A DNA stretch of 58,911 nt, filler included. It is 5 parts of 5 records of this genome, joined end to end, with 100 filler letters (N's around TTAATTAATTAA, not from the genome) between each part and the next. Parts side by side here need not be neighbours in the genome. Positions count along the whole stretch, not along the records: positions 29,652 to 44,979 come from SRR31147125_41307; positions 45,080 to 53,076 come from SRR31147125_41369; positions 53,177 to 58,911 come from SRR31147125_41423; 2 more parts are not named here. One strand, written 5' to 3'. The position numbers and the translations under genes were made by a program. Positions 42,880 to 54,471 of this stretch are shown piece by piece. The first letter of the stretch is position 1; the number at the start of each line of letters is the position of its first letter. Below the pieces are notes generated by a model. It ran no database searches, had not been told where the DNA came from, and saw only the letters and a program-made list of their open reading frames with translations.

Positions 42880-43022
42880 CGTCTACTCCTTAAATAATGT
42901 TTAATTGCATTGGGTTTTGTATAAATAATTGTAATTCTGAAATTAAAATATAACTTTGTTTGTATTTTAAAGCATAAAATTTTAATTTTTTTTATTTCTT
43001 TTGTCAAGGAAAATATAAGATT

Positions 43023-44568
43023 GTGTTAAGAACTGCGGGTTTGATCAGTCTGGCAACGTTGTTCAGCCGGATCCTTGGAGTTGTAAGGGATGTGACCCTT
43101 GCGATGCTTCTTGGTGCAGGGGTGTCAAGCGATGCCTTTTATATCGCTTTTAGGATTCCCGACCTCTTTCGAAAACTGTTTGGGGAGGGGGCGCTCAGCT
43201 TCTCATTTATACCTGTTTTTACAAAGTTGATGAGTGTTGATGGAAAAGATGCTGCCTTTACCATGGCTCGAACCATTTTTTTCTGGCTGATGATGTTCTC
43301 CATCATTCCGGTATTGATGTATCTAATTGGAGAGGGGACCGGCATCTCTTTTTTTCCATTTTTTATGATGAAACACCGGTGGATAAGCTGGTTTTTGCGC
43401 TTTCACGTATCATGTTTCCCTACACGGGTTGTATTTTGTTTATGGCGGTCTGCGTGGGGATTTTGAATAGTCTGGAGCATTTTGCAGCGCCTGCTTTGGC
43501 TCCGGTTCTTTTTAATCTTGTGATGATTTTTTCAGCCTTTTTTGTGGTTCCTCATTTGAGTCATTTGAATCATCCAGCGGTTATTCTGGCATGGACTGTC
43601 ACAATCGGGGGAGGGATCCAGCTTTTGATATTCCTGCCGATTCTGGTCAAAAAAGGATTTCAATGTTTCGGCCGTTTTCAGCTGATTCACCCGGAAGCTG
43701 TCAACGTTGCCAAATTGGGATTACCGGCCCTCTCCGGGCTTGCCGGATATCAAGTCAATCTGTTTGTTTGCACATTTTTAGCCGCATTTTTGTCGGAGGG
43801 AACGGTTTCCTATCTGTATTATGCGGATCGATTGGTCCAATTTCCTTTGGCTCTGATTACGGTTTCCCTCTCCACACCTCTTTTTCCGGAACTTGCTAAA
43901 AAGGTTGCCGTTGGAGATGTTCAGCATGCGTCATCGCTTTTCACCCAGGGGGGCGTTTGGTGCTGTTTATTACAATACCGGCCATGGTAGGATTGCTCAT
44001 CCTGAGGGAACAGATTGTTGCGCTTCTCTTTTATCAAGGGGCGTTCGGCCTCCGGGATGTCCATAACACCGGTGTGATTTTAATGTTTTTTTGTGTGGGA
44101 CTGTGGGCATTTTCAGGGGTTCGTTTTTATGTTCCACTTTATTATGCGCTGTCCGATATGAAAACTCCTTTGCAGGCAACATTGGCAGCGGTCATGTTTA
44201 ATTTGATTTTGTCCAATGTGTTGATGAAAATAATGGGTGCAAGCGGACTTCCCCTTTCCATATCCTTGGCCTCTGCGCTTAATTTTTTCATATTGCATCG
44301 GGGGCTTTGGATGCATCGAATTTACTTTAGATGGAAGGAGGTTGGGGAGACGCTTTTGAAATCCTCATTGCTTTCCATTTTAATGGTGTTTATGGTATAT
44401 CCCCTATCTCAAATGCTTTGTCCCCCGGAAATATTCATGGAAAAAGGGCGGATGGGAATTGGTGTTCTGTTATCGGTACTTTTAGGTGGCGTAGTATATT
44501 TAGGGCTTGCTTTTTCTTTTAAGACAGAAGAGGTCAAGATACTCATTGCCGGGGTTTTAAAAGATTGA
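43023..44568 (+). CDS. murJ: Lipid II flippase MurJ, two frameshifts
   Basis: SRILGVVRD, AFRIPDLFRKLFGEGA and YLYYADRLVQFPL; breaks at T and G runs. Confidence 0.92.
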
Positions 44569-44595
44569 GTGAGAGGATATGGATAGGGTTTTATA

Positions 44596-44913
44596 ATGAA
44601 TATGAGTAGATTTGAATTGATCGAAAAACCAATCGGCTGGGCAGCGCTATTTGTTATGTTGATGTTGGTATTTTTCACACTGTATGGGGAAAACGGCTAT
44701 TTTGATCTTCGGAGAATAAGATTTCAAGAACAGGCGATTATTCAGGAAAATCAGCAGATTGAATGGGAAAATAGAGCGCTGGAGCGTAAAATAGCAAGGC
44801 TTAAATCCGATTTGAGTTACATTGAACATATTGCAAGACATGAACTGGGAATGCTGGCAGAGCATGAGTTGGTGTTTCGATGTCAAAACGGAGGGAACAA
44901 TTCTCAAAACTGA
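44596..44913 (+). CDS. ftsB: FtsB/DivIC septum formation initiator
   Basis: TM helix, GENG, coiled coil and YIEHIARHELGM. Confidence 0.85.
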   Translation: MNMSRFELIEKPIGWAALFVMLMLVFFTLYGENGYFDLRRIRFQEQAIIQENQQIEWENRALERKIARLKSDLSYIEHIARHELGMLAEHELVFRCQNGGNNSQN

Positions 44914-44979
44914 AACTGGTAAAATGTGATCATAATAATCCAGAACAATCTTAAGTACCTGAACACAAGTTGTCTGGTA

Positions 44980-45079
44980 NNNNNNNNNNNNNNNNNNNNN
45001 NNNNNNNNNNNNNNNNNNNNNNNTTAATTAATTAANNNNNNNNNNNNNNNNNNNNNNNNNNNNNNNNNNNNNNNNNNNN
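44980..45079. other. Artificial contig spacer
   Basis: N run with TTAATTAATTAA. Confidence 0.98.
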
Positions 45080-45176
45080 AAAAGAACTTTTCGCCAACAA
45101 AGACGTTGACGGTGGTTTAATTGGTGGTGCTGCTTTAAAAGCTGAAGACTTCGTTGGAATCATCAACGGATTTTAG
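45080..45176 (+). CDS. tpiA: Triosephosphate isomerase, C-terminal fragment
   Basis: [24 protein letters not shown]. Confidence 0.9.
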
Positions 45177-45191
45177 TATCAAACTACAATA

Positions 45192-45231
45192 TAAAAAAAG
45201 CCATTCGCAGTTTGCGAATGGCTTTTTTTTA
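45192..45231 (+). terminator. Intrinsic terminator after tpiA
   Basis: AAAAAAAGCCATTCGCA / TGCGAATGGCTTTTTTTT. Confidence 0.9.
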
Positions 45232-45296
45232 TGCCTGAATTTTGGAACCAGCTCACCTTTACTATTAACTTTTCAAACATTATGTAAAAGCCTCAC

Positions 45297-45326
45297 TTTG
45301 TTTCCAATTGGAATTTCATAAATTTG
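45297..45326 (+). promoter_or_regulatory. Bacteroidota-type promoter
   Basis: TTTG 45297-45300, 18 nt spacer, TAAATTTG (TAnnTTTG) 45319-45326. Confidence 0.55.
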
Positions 45327-45380
45327 TTTTCAGGATTATTTTACAACCAAAAAATCTTGAGTTTAGGAAAACCTATTTAT

Positions 45381-45827
45381 ATGAAAAATTGGACATTAAT
45401 TATAACACTACTACTTTTCGTTCTGATTAGTTGTAATTCAAAAAATAAATCGGCCGAGGTGGCATCGTACACTTACGAAGAAGAAAAAACAGAACTGAAT
45501 GCAGAACTGAAAGCTCTTGTTCCGGAATGGGTAAAAGAAGGCGTAATCTGCTATGGTTTAATTATTCAGATTGATAAAGACAAAAATCCGGTGAAAGGAA
45601 AACCGGTTAAAGCCAAGGTTGTTGAAATAAGAACTGATGGTGTTATAATGAAAGCACTGGAAGCAGTCAGCCTCGTAAAAGCTAAAAACTGCACACAAAT
45701 GGGTTTGTCGAAAGGCCAAACCTGGGAAGAAAAAGAAGGCGATTTCTATGTTACAAAAGAAGAGGCCATTAATGCACTAAAAGCCCAGAATATTTATATG
45801 GCATCGGGTAAAGCAACGGTTGATTAA
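45381..45827 (+). CDS. Hypothetical lipoprotein
   Basis: MKNWTLIITLLLFVLISC lipobox. Confidence 0.75.
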   Translation: MKNWTLIITLLLFVLISCNSKNKSAEVASYTYEEEKTELNAELKALVPEWVKEGVICYGLIIQIDKDKNPVKGKPVKAKVVEIRTDGVIMKALEAVSLVKAKNCTQMGLSKGQTWEEKEGDFYVTKEEAINALKAQNIYMASGKATVD

Positions 45828-45872
45828 TCCTGCCAAATCAAAATGTTATAAACCCAACCAAAACTACTATAA

Positions 45873-47821
45873 ATGAAAAAACAAACCTTCAACTGGCCGA
45901 GAGTTATAGCACAACTGGGTGTCATTGCCTTTGTTCTGTTACTTTCATTTTTCCCGAAACTGATAGGAATTTCAACTCCCGATTTTGAAGCATATTGCCC
46001 CTTTGGTGGAATGCAGGCCTTGGGGAGTTACCTGTTAAACCAGGCGCTTTCGTGCACCATGACAAGCACCCAAATTGTAATGGGTGTTTTGCTTTTTGTT
46101 GCGGTTCTTGTTTTTAGCAAATTGTTTTGCTCGTACATTTGCCCCATTGGAATAATTAGCGAATGGCTTGGCAAAATTGGCGAGAAACTAAAAATACGAT
46201 TCTCCATAACCGGAATTGCAGACAAAGTCCTTCGGGCATTAAAATATATTCTACTCTTTATTACACTCTATTTCACCCTGCAATCGAACGAGTTGTTCTG
46301 CAAAAATTCGATCCATATTATGCTCTAACTTCCGGGTTCGATACTGATGTGGTTATTTGGTATGCAGTCATTTCGATAACACTTGTTATTCTCGGCTCAA
46401 TCTTTATTCGCTTATTTTGGTGCAAATATTTATGTCCTCTGGGGGCAATTTCAAACATTTTTAAATTCTCGCTCTTTTTTGTGGCTCTTATTGGCATTTA
46501 CCTCATTTTACTAAAAGCTGAAATAGAAATAAGTTACGTTTATCCGCTGGCAGTGGCCTGTATTGGAGGTTTTATTATTGAAGTTACAGGCCAACAAAGC
46601 CGAATATTCCCGCTTGCAAAAGTTACCCGAAATAGCCAATCGTGTATTAATTGTAATTTGTGCTCCGAAAAATGCCATCAGGGAATTGATGTTGCATCGT
46701 TACAAACCGTAAAACATGTAGATTGTAATTTATGCGGCGATTGTTTGTTGGTTTGCCCCGTACAAAATACGCTCACTTTAAACAAATCGTCAAGATTAAA
46801 ACGCTTGCCTGTAATTGCAACAGTAGTTTTGGTTATAAGCGGAATTGCTCTCGGTAGTTTTTGGGAAATTCCAACCATCGACGAAAAATGGGCCGAACCT
46901 GAAGTAATTTCAGAAGCGGCAATCTTTTCGCAAGCCGGATTGAAAAATATAAAATGCTTTGGCAGCTCGAAAGCTTTTGCCAATAAAATGCGAAAAATTA
47001 ACGGCGTGTACGGCGTAGCAACTTATGTAAAAAACAACAGGGTAAAAATATATTACGACGATAATATTCTTAATGAAAATAAGATTCAAAAATTACTATT
47101 TTCTCCTCAAAAACAGAAGTTAAAAACACTTCATAAAAAAATTGAAACCGTTTACGGTGTTACACTTCAACTAGAAAATTTCTTTGATTTATACGACTTT
47201 AACTATCTCTCTTTATTGCTACAACAGAAAACCAATGCTGTTGGACTAATTTCGGAATATGCCTGTCCGGTTATTGTTAAAATTTACTTTCCGGCAGAAA
47301 TTGAGAATAAGAAAGAATTGAAATCAACTATTGAAGCAGAAATACTAGAGCTTGAAACTACAAGTGGGATAAAGGAAATTGAACTGAAATACGAAGTTGT
47401 TGGTACTCCTGAATATTTCATTATTAACCGCGGCGAATATCTTACATCACTTTTTACTCCTTACCAGAACTCCTTTAATTTTATAGAAAATTATTCTGAA
47501 AAGGTAATTGCTGATTACGTTCTCTCCTTGGACAAAAACAAAAAACAAAAGAATAAGTTATCGTACCTGGTAAGCCATATTTCAAACGACACCGGAGTGG
47601 TTCAGTTTAGAACTATCCTTGATAAAAATTTCGAAGAGATTGTTGTAATTTCGTATATTGATACAATAACTAACATAACAAACATTAACGAAGCTTTACT
47701 TGCCGACACCCTGATTATTAACTACAGCAGCGGGCAAACAGGTAAAGTTTCCAATATGTTTAATTTCTCGGAAGAAATAAAAACTGTAAATTCAAAGAAT
47801 AATACCGAATTAAAAGATTAA
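45873..47821 (+). CDS. Membrane polyferredoxin (NapH/CcoG-like) with HMA-like C-terminal domains, frameshift near 46303
   Basis: EAYCPFGG, FCSYICPIG, WCKYLCPLG, CINCNLC and CNLCGDCLLVCP; then KCFGSS...INGVYGV and EYACPV. Confidence 0.8.
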
Positions 47822-47840
47822 TTCAATGAAAGAAATGCCT

Positions 47841-50189
47841 ATGAAAAATTTTACTTTAATCTTTATTTTTAGCCTGTTAACAATTATATCAACTGCTCAA
47901 AACCCTGAATTTAACTGGCAGACAACTGAGTTAAGCACCGATAATAATTTAAAAGCAATGGCCGTAAACGACAACGAAGCTGTTATTGCCGGTTATAACT
48001 ACAGTTTTTTAAAATCAACTAATGGTGGAGAAAAATGGGATACTATTGATGTATTCAATCCTCAGTACAATTTCCCTGATATCAGTATTAAAGGGAACGT
48101 TGGTTATATTATTGCCCAACGGAAAAAATTGTATGATGCATCACCCGATGTTTACACCAGTGGTTTTATAATGAAAACCGAAGATGGTGGCCTAACCTTA
48201 TCAGTTATCGATAATATGGTTTTAGGTCTTGATAACGATCCGGCTTTAAGTCCAACCGACACGCTTGGTCATTCACTCGATTTTCAATCTATTGAAGCCG
48301 TTAACGATACGGTAGCATTTTGTGCACTCCGCTGGAATGAGTATCAGAAAACCGGAAACAATAGCCACTCCGGGATATTTAAAACCAAAGATGGTGGCCA
48401 AACCTGGATGAATGTAAGCAGCGATTTGGATGGAGATGTTACAACAGTAATTGAATTTAATGGCGACGAAGGTTTTGCAGGAGGAAAAGAGCACTTATAT
48501 ACATTGAGTATTGAATCGGATACGGTTACCGATATCTTTTCTGCAATGCCCGGAGATGGCTCCGACTACATTAGTGACATTACCATTATTGACGATAATG
48601 AGTTATATATTGTCACAACTACCGATAGTATTTACAAATCGTTGGACGGCGCGGCCAGCTTCTCAAAATTCCCAACGGTAAAAGGCGGATGGGATATTGC
48701 AAAAATTAACGACACAACCTTAGTATCAGGAGGAGGTTCCAATAAATCGTATGTTTCAACCAATTCGGGAGAAAGCTGGAATTCGTTGGGTATAGACGAA
48801 GTGATTTGGGAAGTACCCGGAGTTATTAACGATTCAGTTAATTTTCTTGCGGATGCTGCTATCTACAAGATTGCTGTTTCTGATTTAGTCTCTGGTAATT
48901 ATACTTTTAGTGTTCAACAAGTAGGCAACAACAACCTGCATAAAGTTCACATTTTAAACGATTCTGAAATGCTACTTGTTGGTAATGATGCAACTTTCTT
49001 AAAAACCAATGATGCAGGATTAACCTGGAATTCAATAGACTTACCGGCAATTCCGGAATTGCAAGACCTTTACGAAGAAATTGATTTTGATGGACTGGCA
49101 ATGAATGGCGAGGAAGGTTTTGTAAGTTTTAACCGGTTTAAATTTGTTGATTACGATGACAAAGACGACATAAACTGGTCGGGAGGAATTTTATATACCG
49201 ACGACAATTGGGAAACGTGGGATGATTTGGATATGGCTAAAATTGGCAAAGAAAACGAAGCTGATGTAACCATTAATCCTAATCATGTGGATTGCAACGG
49301 AGTTTCGCCTAAAGTTTTTACATACGAAGATGGTGTACTGCTTGCCTATGTAAAATGGTACAGTTTTGTTGGTGACAGAGAAGATCATTCTCGTGTATAC
49401 AAAACGTTGGACAAAGGGAAAAACTGGACAGCGATTACTGAAGATTTAGGTTTGAATATTATAAACGACATTGAAGTACTTGGCGACACCCTTTACATTG
49501 CAGGAAAAACCACATTATTAAAATCTACTGCGGCCAATTTAAAGTCGACTTCAGAAGTAATTGAATTCGAGGATTTATATCCAAACCTCGATGAAGGCGA
49601 AGACGATAATATGTATATTAATGCCCTTGTTGCCGAAGATGATGAATTGTTTGTGGTTACATCGCTCGATAGTTGCCACAGGTCGAACGACGGTGGAACA
49701 ACTTTTACTACTTTCAGTAATTCAAAAGGAGGTAACGACATTTACCGTTTCGATAAAAACTCGTTTATAATATTGGGAGCTTCCGGGAAATCGTGGTTCA
49801 CCAACGACACAACAACATGGATGGATTGCCAAACAGCAACTACTTCTTATGCTATTGGAGGAGAATACAACGGTAAAATTTACGGACTTGCAAGAGGAGT
49901 AATTTATACAACCGGTGTTGATGAACTGGATTTAAAAACTGCCGTTCCAATATTGTTTGAAAAAGCAAATTTGAATATTGCTTACAGTCCATCAACAATC
50001 GATGTAATTTCAACAAAAGGAGATATTGAACGCTGTGCACTTTATTCAATAACCGGAAAACTGGTATCGATTGTTGAACCAAACAACCGAATTTGCAGGT
50101 TTAATAACAACGAGTTCCAACCCGGCATTTATATAATTAACTCGTTTGTTGAAGGAAAACGATATACTAATAAAGTTGCTTTTAGATAA
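47841..50189 (+). CDS. T9SS-secreted BNR/YCF48-like beta-propeller protein
   Basis: Signal peptide; repeated KSTNGGEKW, KTKDGGQTW and KTNDAGLTW boxes; C-terminal LYSITGKLV...PGIYII...KVAFR. Confidence 0.8.
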   Translation: MKNFTLIFIFSLLTIISTAQNPEFNWQTTELSTDNNLKAMAVNDNEAVIAGYNYSFLKSTNGGEKWDTIDVFNPQYNFPDISIKGNVGYIIAQRKKLYDASPDVYTSGFIMKTEDGGLTLSVIDNMVLGLDNDPALSPTDTLGHSLDFQSIEAVNDTVAFCALRWNEYQKTGNNSHSGIFKTKDGGQTWMNVSSDLDGDVTTVIEFNGDEGFAGGKEHLYTLSIESDTVTDIFSAMPGDGSDYISDITIIDDNELYIVTTTDSIYKSLDGAASFSKFPTVKGGWDIAKINDTTLVSGGGSNKSYVSTNSGESWNSLGIDEVIWEVPGVINDSVNFLADAAIYKIAVSDLVSGNYTFSVQQVGNNNLHKVHILNDSEMLLVGNDATFLKTNDAGLTWNSIDLPAIPELQDLYEEIDFDGLAMNGEEGFVSFNRFKFVDYDDKDDINWSGGILYTDDNWETWDDLDMAKIGKENEADVTINPNHVDCNGVSPKVFTYEDGVLLAYVKWYSFVGDREDHSRVYKTLDKGKNWTAITEDLGLNIINDIEVLGDTLYIAGKTTLLKSTAANLKSTSEVIEFEDLYPNLDEGEDDNMYINALVAEDDELFVVTSLDSCHRSNDGGTTFTTFSNSKGGNDIYRFDKNSFIILGASGKSWFTNDTTTWMDCQTATTSYAIGGEYNGKIYGLARGVIYTTGVDELDLKTAVPILFEKANLNIAYSPSTIDVISTKGDIERCALYSITGKLVSIVEPNNRICRFNNNEFQPGIYIINSFVEGKRYTNKVAFR

Positions 50190-50203
50190 GCTATTATTAC
50201 TAA

Positions 50204-50249
50204 AGTCATTCTGAGAATTCTTGATTTACACTTGAATCTCAGAATGACT
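50204..50249. repeat. REP-like palindrome
   Basis: AGTCATTCTGAGA / TCTCAGAATGACT 13-bp inverted repeat. Confidence 0.55.
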
Positions 50250-50277
50250 ATTTGAAACACTCCACCACAACCAGCCA

Positions 50278-53076
50278 ATGTCTGAAAAACGAAATAAAAA
50301 TCTCGTTGCCCTGTTTTTTGTGTTCCTATGCACTTTAACAGTAAATGCCCAGACAAAAGTTACCGTTAGTGGAATAATTACCGACGCCCAAACACACCAG
50401 CCCGTCATTTATGCCAACGTTGCTTTCCCCGAACTAGGCATCGGAACTTCATCGAACGAAAAGGGAGAATTTTTAATTAAAAATGTTCCGGTCGGCACCC
50501 ACTCCTTTTCAATTAGTTATGTTGGGTATAAAGAATATTCGGTGAACCTAAGGTTGGAAAAGGATATTGTTCTGGAAATCAAACTGCAGCAACAATCGTT
50601 AGGATTAAAAGAAGTGATTGTAACTGCCGAAAATTCAAAAGAAGGAACAACATCAGCAAAAATAAACAGCAATGCCATTGAGCATGTTCAGGCTTCCAGC
50701 TTAAAAGAAATAATGCAGCTCATTCCGGGCAACCTGGCAGAGAATCCAAATTTAGCTGATCCTGCAAAAATTAGTATTCGCGAAGTTGATACCGATATTA
50801 ACAGTGCTTTGGGAACTTCGATTGTTGTTGACGGAATTCCGCTATCGAACGATGGAAATATGCAACAAAGTATCGAGCCCCTCAATAACTTTTCATCAGC
50901 GGCAGGAAGCGGTTTCGACCTTCGGCAAATTACGGTTGATAATATCGAATCTATTACGATTGATGTGGGAATTCCTTCGGCAGAACACGGCAACCTGACT
51001 TCTGGAGCAGTTCATATAAAAACAAAAACCGGGGGCTCGCCCTATTCGGTAAAAATGCAGGCCAATCCGCACACCAAACAGTTTTCGTTGGGCAAAGGTT
51101 ATTTGCTGCATAAAAATTCAGGCGTAATTAATATCAATGCCGGCTATACCAATTCATACGAATATCTTTGGAAACAAACCAATCAGTTTGAGCGAATAAA
51201 CGCAACAACAAAATACACCAATACTTTTTTCAGAAACAGCAATCCGCTAAATATCCAATTTAAAGCAGACTATCTTCAGTCGCTCGATGGCCTAAAATGG
51301 GATCCGGATATGAAAGCCGAAGAAGAACATTACGCGCAAGACCAAAGAATGCAAACAAAACTTTCGGCATTGTGGTCGCTCAACAAATCATTTTTTAAAA
51401 GCATTTCGCTCGATGCCGGATTCAGCAAAACATGGCAAGATGGTTTTGAAAAAACGCTGGAGGCCAACTCTTCAGGAGCAAACATTATTATTTCTTCAAC
51501 AGAAAATGGAGAATACGAAGCATTGTACGGTCCGGCAAGTTATTATTCCGAAGTAAATTACGATGGCCGCCCTTTCGACATATTTGCAAAAATAAAGGCT
51601 AAATTTTACCATAAAAGTAATTTGTTTACCAATAACATTCTGCTTGGTGCCGAATGGCGCACCACAGGAAATAATGGTGAAGGCCGCACTTTTGATGTTA
51701 CGCAGGCTCCGGCCGGAACAAGTTTACGACCACGTCCGTTTTCCGATATTCCGTCGTTAAACCAGTTGTCGTTTTTTGCCGAAGATAAAATTGAAGTAAA
51801 ACTGGGATCTACCCAACTTAATATCATGGCCGGAATAAGAATGGACAACATTCAGCCCAATGGCATTTTTTCAAGCGATGGTAACCTGAGTTTCGATCCA
51901 CGCCTAAACATTCGTTACGAACTGCTGAACAGAAACCAAAACTATTTACTGCGAAACATGAGCTTGCGCCTGGGATACGGCAAAACAACAAAAGCACCTA
52001 CTCTTTCGCACCTTTATCCCGATAAAGAATACAACGACATTATAAATTTTAATTATTACCCCGAATTAGTAGTTGCCACAACCGAGATACTGGAAGATAC
52101 CCGGAACTACAATTTGGAAGCTGCCAAAAGCGAAAAATTTGAGGCGGGAATTGATTTTCAGCTGGGAAAAATAAAATCGCGAATTACCGGTTTTTACGAA
52201 AAACACGAAGGTGGTTTTATTCTCGACCAGGATTATATACTAATGGAATATAAACGTTACGAACAAGCAGACGCCGGATTGTATCCTTATTTTATTGAAG
52301 GGGATGGAGTATTTTATGACGATCCTGAAACCGGAGAACAAATTGCGGTTCCGTATGAATTAGATTACAAATACAAAGACTACGGCATTTTCCAAAATGC
52401 AAGCACCCGGATTAAACGAGGTGTAGAATACAGCATAAATTTTGGAAAGATAGAAGCCTTACGAACTTCGTTTATTTTAAACGGAGCATGGCTACAAACC
52501 GAATCGTACACCACCGACGCTCCATTTTGGGACGACATTGAATATACTGTTTACGAAGGCAACACCAGCACCCAGGAAAAATTCCTTGTTAAATTTCCCA
52601 ATGAAAACGGGTATGGCGTTGTTAAAGAGCGATTGAATTCGAACCTGAATATTATTACACATATTCCGGAAATTAAAATGCTGGTTACATTAACCACACA
52701 AATGCTTTGGTACGAAAAAGACTGGCGAAAAATTTACGACGAATACAAATTATATACACTGAACGAATTACGCGATTATCTAAATCAACCCAATTTATTC
52801 AGCACGCATGACGAAGAAGATTTTTATTACTACCTGCCTGTAAGTTACCGCAATTACGACAACATTGAATACACTTACAATATCAGCGATTTTGAGAATT
52901 CGTTACATCAAACAGCTATTGATTTCATAAAAAAATACAGGTTCGAAAAGCAAACATTATCGCCACTTGTTTTGTGTAACATCAGAATTTCGAAAGATAT
53001 TGGGCAGCGCTTTAAACTGTCGTTCTTTGCCAATAATTTTCTGAATATTCGCCCATGGGAACTAAAAGAACGCGAC
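50278..53076 (+). CDS. TonB-dependent receptor, truncated at contig end
   Basis: CarboxypepD_reg-like N-domain; LKEVIVTA; plug IVVDGIPLSND and GIPSAEHGNLTSG; barrel strands. Confidence 0.92.
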
Positions 53077-53176
53077 NNNNNNNNNNNNNNNNNNNNNNNN
53101 NNNNNNNNNNNNNNNNNNNNTTAATTAATTAANNNNNNNNNNNNNNNNNNNNNNNNNNNNNNNNNNNNNNNNNNNN
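53077..53176. other. Artificial contig spacer
   Basis: N run with TTAATTAATTAA. Confidence 0.98.
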
Positions 53177-53350
53177 CCTGAGGCTAACCAAAATGAATCG
53201 ATAAAAAAATTAATAACAAAATACCAATCAACAAAACTATAAGAAATGTAACTTACACCTTAAATTTATTCATCAACTGGAAAACGGTTTTCTATTTGAT
53301 AATTCAGGTGTGAATTCATGAAATACCATATAAATTAACAACTTAAACGA

Positions 53351-54109
53351 ATGAATTTCAAATTACCTTTTATTCCTGAACGCCCCGATAAACCAAGACA
53401 ATCTGGACTTACAATGGTTATGGATAAAGGACTTAGCACTCGGGAAGCTGAAAATATGTGCGAGGTAGCATCATCTAATATTGATCTTGTAAAACTAGGT
53501 TTTGGAACAGGACTTCTGACACCAAATACAAAAGAAAAAATAAGAATATATAAAGATGCAGGTATTACTCCATATTTTGGAGGAACTATGTTTGAAGCTT
53601 TTATTGCTCGAGACATGTTTGATGAATTCCGCAATTTCATTGCTGAGTGCGGTGTTGATACTGCAGAAGTTTCTGATGGTGTTTTACCTATTCAGCATGA
53701 CAAAAAGTGTGAATACGTTCGTTCTCTCTCTAAAGACTTTACAGTACTTTCGGAAGTAGGCACTAAGTTAAAAGGAAAAGAAATTAGCAATGAAGAATGG
53801 GTTTCCTGGATGAAGAAAGAACTAGAAGCAGGTGCCTGGAAAGTAATTGCTGAAGCCCGCGAGAGTGGCAATATAGGAATATATAAAGAAGATGGATCTG
53901 CCAACAGCCAATTGGTTCTGGATATTCGTAAACAACTAGATGCTGATAAAATACTTTGGGAAGCACCACTTAAAAGTCAACAAGTTTGGTTTATCAAATT
54001 ACTTGGATCAAATGTGAACACAGGTAATATTTGCAGTACTGAAGTAATAGCTTTGGAGACTTTGCGCTTAGGGCTTCGTGGAGATACGCTATTAAGTTTT
54101 CTACCGTAG
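53351..54109 (+). CDS. comA: Phosphosulfolactate synthase
   Basis: KPRQSGLTMVMDKG, VKLGFGT, VIAEARESG, WEAP and ETLRLGLRGDT. Confidence 0.9.
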   Translation: MNFKLPFIPERPDKPRQSGLTMVMDKGLSTREAENMCEVASSNIDLVKLGFGTGLLTPNTKEKIRIYKDAGITPYFGGTMFEAFIARDMFDEFRNFIAECGVDTAEVSDGVLPIQHDKKCEYVRSLSKDFTVLSEVGTKLKGKEISNEEWVSWMKKELEAGAWKVIAEARESGNIGIYKEDGSANSQLVLDIRKQLDADKILWEAPLKSQQVWFIKLLGSNVNTGNICSTEVIALETLRLGLRGDTLLSFLP

Positions 54110-54237
54110 TCTATTTCAAAATTGAACCAAAAAATTAACATTGACAATATACTACTGACAATCAACACATAAACAAACAATCCAAATCAAAACACTGTCC
54201 TTATTTAGATTAAATAAGAATTTACTGCAATTTTTCT

Positions 54238-54267
54238 TTTGTTTTAAAAATCTAGTACCTATTTTTG
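54238..54267 (+). promoter_or_regulatory. Bacteroidota-type promoter for the leader and sulfur operon
   Basis: TTTG 54238-54241, 18 nt spacer, TATTTTTG 54260-54267. Confidence 0.55.
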
Positions 54268-54299
54268 AATCGTATTTAAAGCACAAATATTTTTAACAA

Positions 54300-54392
54300 A
54301 TGAATTTTAATACTTCTGAAAATAAAATGATGAATATGGCATGCACAATGATGTGTATGTATAGTTATTGTTTTGAGCAGAAGGAAAAATGA
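54300..54392 (+). CDS. Met/Cys-rich leader peptide, 30 aa
   Basis: MNFNTSENKMMNMACTMMCMYSYCFEQKEK; 9 of codons 10-24 are Met or Cys. Confidence 0.8.
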   Translation: MNFNTSENKMMNMACTMMCMYSYCFEQKEK

Positions 54393-54424
54393 TTATGATA
54401 TAATATTGAAATCAAGATAAACTT

Positions 54425-54458
54425 AAAGCCCTTCTGCAAATGCAGAAGGGCTTTTTTT
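54425..54458 (+). terminator. Attenuator terminator
   Basis: GCCCTTCTGC-AAAT-GCAGAAGGGC plus T7, 13 nt before hemA; 5' arm also complementary to GCAGAAGG 54377-54384. Confidence 0.85.
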
Positions 54459-54471
54459 ATTAAAAGAATAT

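Noticed and set aside
30231-44568. Programmed frameshifting or pseudogenes in topA, dprA, secD and murJ
   Set aside because: Breaks fall in homopolymer runs across unrelated genes and contigs, which fits sequencing error
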